A stretch of DNA of 64,000 bases from Caecitellus pseudoparvulus. Its lineage: Eukaryota; Protista; Bigyra: Bicosoecida. The stretch lies in assembly GCA_965644315.1 (NCBI GenBank), contig CBFFRQ010000043.1:310001-374000 (forward strand). Direction: 5' to 3'. A program made the position numbers and the translations under genes. Under the pieces are notes generated by a model. The model was not told the origin of the DNA and did not search any database. It saw nothing but the letters and a program-made list of their open reading frames with translations. How positions within the stretch are numbered: the stretch's first letter is position 1; the number at the start of each line of letters is the position of its first letter. Below, one piece after another: positions 22,338 through 30,855 of this stretch.

Positions 22338-22587
22338 CTCGTCAGGCCAAGCCTGGCAGCGGCGGCGAAGGAAAGAGCGACGGCTGCGAACCCTCGTCAA
22401 CCGATGACAGCAGGCCAGGCCGTGGTCCACAGCTGTATGCGAGCCACAATCCAAAAAGAATCCCCCCCACTTGTATGTTTTATGTGTCTTGATTTTGTCT
22501 CATGCCGTTTGCACATCTCAGCCAGTACATCAGCCCTGACAGTCTGTTGCCCCACCTACACTAGCTCAAGAAGCCCTGAACGAGAGA

Positions 22588-23064
22588 ATGAATCAATTCT
22601 GCTCTTCGTGTGGCACATTTGTTGCCTTGTCCAACACTGGTGCCATGAAGTGCCCGGGCTGTGCCTCGACTGCAAGAATGGCTGGTGCGAATGCCTTGCA
22701 GCGGAAATTGACCTCGTTCGGCGAAGTGTAAATTGCATCCTGACTTGCAGATGCTGCTTCGGGGGCTACAGTGACCCACGGGACCAAGCAACCACAACAC
22801 GCTTGGATTTTGGAGCTGACAGGGGCTTCCGAAGACACGTCTGCGGCCTCCACAAGAGCTAAGGTGTGCTTTCTTGCCCTCACTGAGCACCCCCCCTCTG
22901 TCCCACCAAGCACGTCTCTCGCGGCACAGGTCAAACAAGCTTGCCCTAAGTGTGCACACCCTGAAATGTTCTTCTACACGCGGCAAATGAGATCCGCCGA
23001 TGAAGGCCAGACTGTCTTCTATGAATGCCCAGCTTGTGGGCACACATACTCAACAAACACATGA
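22588..23064 (+). CDS. RPA12: RNA polymerase I subunit RPA12 (POLR1H)
   Basis: N-terminal Zn ribbon FCSSCG...KCPGC and TFIIS-like C-terminal CPKC...YTRQMRSADEGQTVFYECPACGH. Introns at 22685-22750 and 22864-22929. Confidence 0.9.
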
Positions 23065-23447
23065 TGCAAGCAAGCACTGCCTTGTCAAAACCACATGTAT
23101 GGACATCGCGAGCTCAGAAAACACTCATCCTTGCGAAAGAGTGCTGCACTCAGCTCCGCACAAGGTATCCTCAGCTGACACACCTTGCGGACCCGGCCAC
23201 CGCAGCCCTAAACACCGATGATCTCCAACGCACGACAAACCCCAACGAAAGAAGGCACTCGTTTGTTGCAAACATAGCGCCCTTGATTCCCGTATGCGGA
23301 AAGTTTGACGAAGAGGAATGCCCACCGCAATCCATCATAAAACCCTCTTAACACCGCTTCTTTGCCTGGTATCAAGAAGAAATGCATGCAGGCTAAAAAC
23401 TAAACAGAACCCATGAAAACTTCAAGCTGGTCAAAAGCTTAAACCAA

Positions 23448-23745
23448 ACATACACCGCGCAATGCCCATGTCCCGCAAACAGACCAACAGCACACACCCA
23501 CCCACTCAATGCAACTCACGGCCTTGGCAGTGCTAAGCCTAACTTACCATCACGCAAGGGCCACACGAACAAACCAGACCTGGCCATTACACATCCGCAA
23601 GCACATCCCACAGCTGCACTTGAGAGGCACCCAGCTTGTCCACAACATCCGCCATCGTACCTCAAAGCCAAGGGCCGCATCCATCGGGCGGGAGCGTGGG
23701 GCACCGCGCCCGCAGCCCCGACTGATGCTCTGTCTTCCGGCGCGG
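23448..23745 (+). repeat. Left arm of long inverted repeat (~298 bp)
   Basis: Reverse complement of 25790-26087, with 13 mismatches and no indels by manual alignment (~95.6%). Confidence 0.97.
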
Positions 23746-26082
23746 CGACGCAAGAAAGTCAGCCCAGCAAGCAAACATTGACAAAACTTGAGGTCTTTGT
23801 ACGTCGGCATGCGTCTCACACAGAGCCACTACACATAGAAAACGACTCGCACCGAAAGACCTGCTTCAAAGAGCAATGCATGAAAAGCACAGCGCCGGAG
23901 CGAAGCCGAGTATGACAACACAGCTGTGAGTCGTCAAACTGAGCTTGAAACGCTGATGAAGCATGCACTTTTGACACATTGCATCGAAGTCAAAGAATCG
24001 CTGAGGATTTTTGTGGAACTTTACTGTGTACTCAACGCCTAAAGCCACATTCTTCTGGACAACAAAAGCTAGACACCCAACAAGTGGTTGTCTGAATGAG
24101 CATGAAAATTTATCCCTCAAGCACAAAAAGATCGGTTAAAACATGGAAGTGGCAGAATAAATGGCAATGTTCGTGGAGTTCAGAGGTTGATGCGTGAATC
24201 CATTCACTGGCAACTCAATTTCTTGTTCATCTCTTTCATGTCAATGATATCTTCGGGTTGCGATCTGAGAACAGAGAATTTCTCGTGATCTACTCGACGT
24301 GTGCGGGTTTAAGCTTGGTGATCAGAACGATGCAGGCTTGGAAAGAGAATGCTGACGACAATGAACAGTGACGGGGTCATTGGACGCCCAACTCCCGATT
24401 GGCGTTGGCATGCCAACTGTTGCTGTGTCCATCATGTGGGCAATTCTTTTCGCTCTGTGAAAAGGTCTAGCGAAAGCCTACTACTGTCTCTGGGCCCCAA
24501 CCCAAGCGCACTCGAGCGGGAAATGTACCGCTCATCTTCAACTAATTATGACCTGATAAACGAGAGCATGATTCTTGCCGAGACTGTATGAATGAATGTA
24601 ATTCTTATATGAAACTGATAATAGTTGTTCAGAATGCCCCAGGTTAACCGAAAACATTGGACGCTCTTATATGTTCTTGAAGAACAAACTTTGAGAAGTC
24701 TTCCGTTTACAGTAGTAGCCTTGAAACTTGCTGGATTCCAAAACAGATACATTCTTGATTGTGTCTCTCGGCGATTCCCAGAAGTGTCGCGATCCCTGTG
24801 ATCGCGCCCGTTCATAAATTGATGGACAACTAAATCTTGTTCCAAAAAGAACGAATGATGGCACACACGTTTTGCGTCAAGCCAACTTTCAAGTCAAACA
24901 AGCTACACATCACGGATGCTTCATGCGTGGGCTTTCACAAACTTAGACGATGTGTCCAAAAAACAGGCCACCTTTGTGTGAATGCTACTCGGCACTCTGC
25001 ATCAATGAGCGTTGAGAGAGTTGGAGGCTCTGGGATCCATTTTGATCTGAACTTGAAAATGAAGCTTTCCACTTACCTTTACAAGCCGATGGCCTGAGTT
25101 GGCATGAAAGTGAACTTAAGATCATGGTAGGAAGTCCAAAGTCAAAGATTGCCGAACATTCAAGCACGCGACACTCTGCGCCTTCCGATGCGGAATTGCT
25201 TCATTTTGGACGGGACACATGTATCACCCATCAGACATGGCATTTATATGACTGGACTAAGTAGCGTTAGACATCTTGCCAAAGAGCAGTGAACACTACT
25301 ATATCGTAGGTTTGGGATCGGACAAAGAATGCATTGGACTTACTGGTCGCATAATAACTTTATCATAGGTTCCGGACACGCTCACGATGCAATTTCCCCT
25401 CGCCGCTGTATTTTGGTGTCGAAACTCACAATAATGCACTAAATGGGCAAGACATGGCAGATGGTCTTGGGAATACCTTCTAGGCACTTGATATTTCTAT
25501 GCAATTGCAATTGTTGAGGTTGGACAGTTGTGGGCTTATAGGTCCACGATTATCGTTCGATAGTGAATGGGGGCTATCAGCAGTCTGGATATGATACGAC
25601 AAGTGTTCATGGAAGGTTCCTTACTCTACACCCAACCCCAATGCGCGTTCGAGCGTGAAGCGTGCTGCTCGCCAGAATCATTAAACGCCAGTTGAGGTAT
25701 ACGTTGCATTGTGATCAATCTCGAAAATGTTTGTTGAGGAAAAGTCGGCTTTTCATGTTCGTTGTTTTCTTCAATATGCAGTCAGCATACCGCGCCAGAA
25801 GACAGTGTAACAGTTGGGGCTGTGGGTGCGGTGCCCCACGCTCCCGTCCGATGGATGCGGCCCTTGGCTTTGAGGTACGATGGCGGATGTTGTGGACAAG
25901 CTGGGTGCCTCTCAAGAGCAGCTGTGGGATCTGCTTGCGGATGTGTAATGGGCAGGTCTGGTTTGTTCGTGTGGCCCTTGCGTGATGGTAAGTTAGGCTT
26001 AGCACTGCCAAGGCCGTGAGTTGCATCCAGTGGGTGGGTGTGTGCTGTTGGTCTGTTTGCGGGACATGGGCATTGCGCGGTG
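23453..26082. mobile_element. Possible non-autonomous TIR element (Tc1/mariner-like TA duplication); alternatively an IR-type centromere/origin
   Basis: TA at 23451-52 and 26083-84 flank CACCGCGC...GCGCGGTG, giving ~293-bp TIRs. No transposase ORF found inside. Confidence 0.4.
23746..25789. other. Low-GC, ORF-less core between the inverted repeats
   Basis: Three hand-counted 60-nt lines give ~37-42% GC versus ~60% in flanking genes. Only short, non-conserved-looking ORFs. Confidence 0.85.
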
Positions 26083-26087
26083 TATGT
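25790..26087 (-). repeat. Right arm of long inverted repeat (~298 bp)
   Basis: Partner of 23448-23745. It ends ...cattgcgcggtgtatgt. Confidence 0.97.
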
Positions 26088-26292
26088 ATGCTTCTGTGAA
26101 CAATAGAGCTGGTGAGGTGTGTGCTTGCGAAATGTGAGCTGGGTGGTGCTTGTTGGGCCGAAGCTGTCAGGGTTCTTGAAGTAGGCCCATTTCTTCTGAA
26201 GCCCTTTCCAGAACGGAGGAAGTCCTGAGGGTGCGCCTCATTCGCAACACCGGAAATGCTACTCTGAGATGCTGTTGACCTGGTTCGAGATC

Positions 26293-26298
26293 AAAAAA
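26293..26298 (-). terminator. RNA polymerase III T6 terminator of tRNA-Val
   Basis: TTTTTT on the minus strand, 3 nt after the discriminator base. Confidence 0.85.
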
Positions 26299-26301
26299 GT
26301 G

Positions 26302-26375
26302 TACAAATGATGGGGTTCGAACCCATGACTTCCCGCGTGTGAAGCGGACGCTCTAACCAACTGAGCTACATCTGC
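26302..26375 (-). tRNA. tRNA-Val (anticodon CAC)
   Basis: Cloverleaf GCAGATG-TA-GCTC-AGTTGGTTA-GAGC-G-TCCGC-TT-CAC-AC-GCGGG-AAGTC-ATGGG-TTCGAAC-CCCAT-CATTTGT-A, with intact A and B boxes. Confidence 0.95.
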
Positions 26376-26400
26376 TGACGGGTGTGTGGCGTAAAATTGG

Positions 26401-26411
26401 TAATATAATAA
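26401..26411 (-). promoter_or_regulatory. TATA-like element ~26-36 nt upstream of the tRNA
   Basis: TTATTATATTA on the minus strand at the usual TFIIIB/TBP position. Confidence 0.5.
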
Positions 26412-26598
26412 ACAGAAAGATTACTAGGCTACTCATTTTGATTGCTGAATACATGGGGACATAATTTCCTACTGCTTGGTACTCTAGCGGGGTTCAGCCT
26501 GAGATGCGAAGTGCCCCTAGGTGGTCTTCAGCGTTCCGCGCGTTTCGCGTTTCATGTCGGAGAAGTGAGAAATGCTCTCTGCTGCGTGCCTCAGGCCG

Positions 26599-27803
26599 AT
26601 GGCCAGGGGGCTGGCTCGTTCGTGGCGAGCAGGAGGTGCTTGCTTGCGATTGTTTCAGAGTGATGCAACCAACAAAGGGCAGCGTCTCGCTCAGAAGGTT
26701 GATTGGAGCAACCCCAGGGAGCGTCTGCCCTACGTAAGCGATGAAACTCTGTACGCTCTTCCACCACGACACAAGCCGTGGAAATGGAGCGACAGAGAGC
26801 GGCGTTGGAAGCAGTTCCGTGCACGCGTTCCATTTGGTGTGCTTGTACTTCTTGGCTGTGCTTATGCTGCGTACCTCCACGTCAACGATCGTGGCATGGG
26901 GCGGCTTCGGCTGGTGCGCGGGTCTCCACAGTTGGCAGCCGTCTTGGAGCGCCTGGGTGTTTTGCGCTCGCTGCCGCAATCTGTACGTGATTCCTCGACG
27001 ATGGTTGCGCTTATTGCTTTCACTTTGTCACGCGTGTCTATACTCAGGTCAATCTAGACAGGGTGGCCCTGTTTCGGCGGGTCTTCCTGAAGTATGCAGT
27101 GCAGGGAACTCTGGAGGCGAAGCAAGCCTGTGCTCTTATCCAAGAGATTACTGGACCCTCGCAGTTGGATGATGCTGCTCTGTCTGACTCCCACGATGAA
27201 GTGAGCTTGTGGGGCTTCGTCGCGGCAGCAAGCGCCGTTTGCGCTCCGGTCAGTGACCAGGAAGTGTACCTCGCTTGCCTCGAACGCCTCGGGGTGCCTG
27301 CTGTGGATCCCGAGGGAGAGGCAGAGCTAGCGGCACTGTATGATTTCGTCGTCGACGCAAATGGCGGGAGTGCGGTCTTCACCGTCCCCTACCTGGCTGC
27401 TCTGGCAGATGAGCTTGGGTTCGCGGGCAACGAGGAGTACGCCCGCCACTTCCTAACTGAGTCTTCAGCAGTGCAGACTGGCGCACTCCAGCTGCGCCCA
27501 ACAGATTGGCTCATCGCAGACGCTTCTGCGTTTGACAGGGTGGCCACCAGAAGGGCGCTTGCTCTGCCGTCCTTACCTGCATCCGCCGCCGGGCACGGCA
27601 GGCAGGATCGACCCCACCACTTGCCATCTGGTGTTGAAGTCCCGGACGGTTCTATGCTGCTGGTTCGAAGCCATGTCCAGGTTCCAGTGTCCAGGGACGA
27701 ATGGGTCAACTTCATGGGTGCCGTCATGTCCGGGTGCTCGACCGATGACATCCGCGCAGCTTGTGAAGTGTTCACCTATTTGCAATCTGCACGCCCCAGC
27801 TGA
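26599..27803 (+). CDS. Hypothetical single-TM protein, possibly mitochondrion-targeted
   Basis: Arg-rich N-terminus (MARGLARSWRAGGACLRLF) and TM segment VPFGVLVLLGCAYAAYL. An intron at 26983-27047 joins the two tracked ORFs in frame. Confidence 0.65.
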
Positions 27804-27855
27804 GTTGCGTCTGTGTGGGGTGTATGTATGCTGTGGGAATTGCATTGAGGGAAGT

Positions 27856-30568
27856 CTACTTTCCTGCCTGCTTCGATTTCAGGACAGGGCTGAGGACAGC
27901 CTTCATGTCCTTAAGGGCCTCGAACAAGTGCTGCTTGAACTTCTCAGAGTCTGTGTTCTTCGCGGACTTCGAGGAAGAAATGTGGAAGAACATTTCGTCT
28001 TCGCCAGCCTGCATGTAGGAAACACCGTAGCCGTCTTTAGCCACAGGGCCAAAGCCACCGCCTGGCGAAATGTACTTGGCCCACTTCGGATCCTTGAGAT
28101 TCCACACAGATGTCTGCTGTTGAGGCTGCTGGGAAGTTGACAAGCGCCAGGGCTCTGACAGTGCCCCCTTCAAGAAGGGAGAGTCGATGCTTTTGCCCTT
28201 GGAGACGACGTAGAGCGCAAACATGTGCCTGTCGATGCCCTTGCCGGCCATACAATCCGTGTAGGCTTGCACATGAACCTCCGCAGCTGCCTGAAGCAGG
28301 CGCAGCTTCTCCGTTGCTTCTACAGAGGGGTTGTCCATGGCCTTGATGAATGCAACAGCCGCGCTTGTGACTGGTCTGACTGTCTCAGTCCGGCCCCGTC
28401 GGAACAGGCGCGTCATGGATGCTTCGTACGTGTTGGCGAAGCGGCCCTGGTCCCGGAAGTAGGCCAGCTGCAGAGCCATTTGTGTGTATGCGTCAGGGGA
28501 TACTCCACATTGCTTCATGAAGCGCTTTCCGTAGTGAGTGTGTGTGACTACCTGCAAGTCCAGATCATGCAGCAGCTCCGACGCAGCAGCCGCCGCCTTG
28601 TCGATGGCATCCATAGCTCCTCGCGGAAGTGCCCATCGCAATGCTGTCCAAGAAGTGTCAACACCGCGGCCACACACGTCTGTGTCGCCACAAATGAACT
28701 CCCCCGCTTCAATGGTGCGCGTGGAAGCAAAATAGTTCTTGAAGTACGCGGCGGCTTTGTCCATGTTCAGGTCGGGCTTGTCGGACAGGTCCACTGCAGA
28801 CTTGGTGTACATGGGTTGGTTCTTGCGGTGCATGAGGTCAATGACTGGTGCTCTGGTCAGTCCCTCCGGTACACGGACAAACCCATGCTCGTCGTAAGGG
28901 TTCATGATGTGCTCCCCCACAATCAGGGCCACTTCCAGGACATGCGCCATCACGGGCGCATCAGCCCATGAGTGTTCGCAGTTGACGCCAACTTTTCCGT
29001 TCCTTTGCACGACGAGCGTGAAGGATTTGTCAAACCACCTGTCGCTGCCTGTGCCCCCGATCATGTCACGCCCGCGCTTGCTCCAGTCAAGCACTTCGCT
29101 CTCTGTGTCATCCAGCGCGACGAAGAAGGCCGCTGATTCGATGGTGTGGAGCGAATCACGGTTGACCCCATCCCCAAAGTAGGTCTCCCGGACCTCAGCC
29201 CACTTTGTCCGGTTCCAGGCTGTCAGCGCTGGGATGCGGGCCTCGTGCTCGTCTACGTTGCCATGTTCAAACTTAGACCAAGCATCGTCTTTGATTTCAG
29301 CATAGGCCTGATCCAACTCAGACATGGACAGCAGGGAACCGTCGCCTTTGTAGACTGGAAGGCGGTACATGCTTCCCTTGCAAAGCACGACGATGTGCCT
29401 TGACCGGGTTATGTCGTAGTGTTGCAGGGTGTCCATGTCACGCCCCGGCACTCGGGTGGTAGCAAAGATGCGCTTGTACTGCCACATGCACAATGGGACC
29501 GTCTTCTGAACCAAAATTGGTTCGATTGCTTCATCTTCCAGGGCAAAGCGGAAGCGCAGCAGGCCGTGTGTGACACAAGCAGCTCGGGATGTCTGCACTG
29601 GGGACGAAATGACTCGCCCAGAGTCCAAGACATAGTAGTTGGAGTTCACCATGATGGGGTCACGGCCCATGAGGTATACATACTGCTCCCACCAGTCTGT
29701 CATGTAGTTTGGGCTGACTGCCCACTTGAAGTTTAGGTACCGCTGCAAAGTTGGCCCTTCCTGCGTGAGGAATGACGCAGCTTGCTCTTGCACCTTCTTG
29801 AAAGCTTCAGAGTCTTCCCCGTGCAGAGCCCGGGCTGACTCCACAAACTTATCAACAGTTTGCTTCAGGGGTGGAACTGGGAGGGGCGGCAGGGCACTCT
29901 GGAAGGAGTACATCAAGGGGTAAGCACCTAGCAAAAGGCGGGTGGCGAAGAACCAGGCCTTGATATGCAGAGGGACGGGCTTGCCATGCTCCAGGTACAA
30001 GAAGCCCTGGTAGCTCAGCAAGAGCTGCAGCAGCAGGCGCTGGCACGCAGCAATGAGGATGCAGCCCACCACAGCCGCCCACGTGGCCAAGACAGCCAGG
30101 CGAACTTCCTTTGGCACGCCGAACCAGGGGAACCATTCCGACACAGCCCACACGATGCTCGCAATCCAGCCGCTGCGCCACCAGGACTCGCTTCCTGACG
30201 AAAGCACTGCCCCGATCACTGACGCTACAACGCCGATGAAGAGTGGGAGCGGGTTTGGACTGCGCGGCGGGTGTGACGGGACAGGTGCAGTGCACTTCAG
30301 ACACACTGAGCGGAGAAAGCGGACTACAAGCGACTCGCTGGGACAGGCAACAAGCAAAGTGGCGGAAATAAATCACTGGCACGTACAACAGTGCATCTCG
30401 CAGCGCATAGTACGATCGGCGCATGAAGCGTCGAATACCAGCGATGGCTTGTTGAGGAGGCGGAATGGTAAAGCTCAAGTCCACGTGCAGGCCATTTCGA
30501 TCGTAAGCAAGTTGTGTGCCCCGTGCAGATGCACCCGAGAAGCGTGCAGCGGCGGCAGCTTCAGCCAT
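27856..30568 (-). CDS. CPT1: Carnitine O-palmitoyltransferase 1-like
   Basis: YSFQSALPPLPVP, NYMTDWWEQYVYL, DRWFDKSF, catalytic EHSWADAP, TYEASMTRLF...GRTETVR, GKGIDRH, GGGFGPVAKDGYGVSY. N-terminal MAEA exon and two TM helices. Intron(s) at ~30.26-30.39 kb not resolved exactly. Confidence 0.93.
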
Positions 30569-30855
30569 GGTGATGATTTGCTGCTCCCGACGAGGATAAG
30601 CTCTAATGCGGAGAACAGAGGAGTGTTGCTAAGTGCACTGCACTTGGCTGGCCGGCACAAGCTCGAGCAACCTCAGCGAGCTGCAGAGGGCAACGAACTT
30701 GCTGGAAGGATCCAAGCTGCTTAGGCCGGCAAAAGGGTGGAGTAGGCGAAGAATTTGTCAACCGGTCGTTTGTGCACTTGCCTCAGGCAAGGGGCTGCTG
30801 CTGCCCGGCGAGAGACAAAGCAGGGTACGTAGGAAAATGCATTCCGCGGAGTAGA

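Noticed and set aside
23509-23819. Paired short ORFs (MQLTALAV..., ...MDAALGFEVRW...) mirrored at 25662-26026, and a 22-aa MADVVDKLG... mini-ORF
   Set aside because: They are duplicated only because they lie in the IR. They diverge at the repeat edge and show no recognisable protein features.
24130-24290. LKHGSG motif reminiscent of Tc1 transposase VKHGGG
   Set aside because: The following residues lack (I/V)MVWG and no DDE context is visible. Probably chance unless tBLASTx says otherwise.
23448-26087. Endogenous virophage/Polinton or tyrosine-recombinase retroelement
   Set aside because: Far too short, with no capsid/integrase/RT/YR ORFs, no 5-6 bp target duplication and no split direct repeats.
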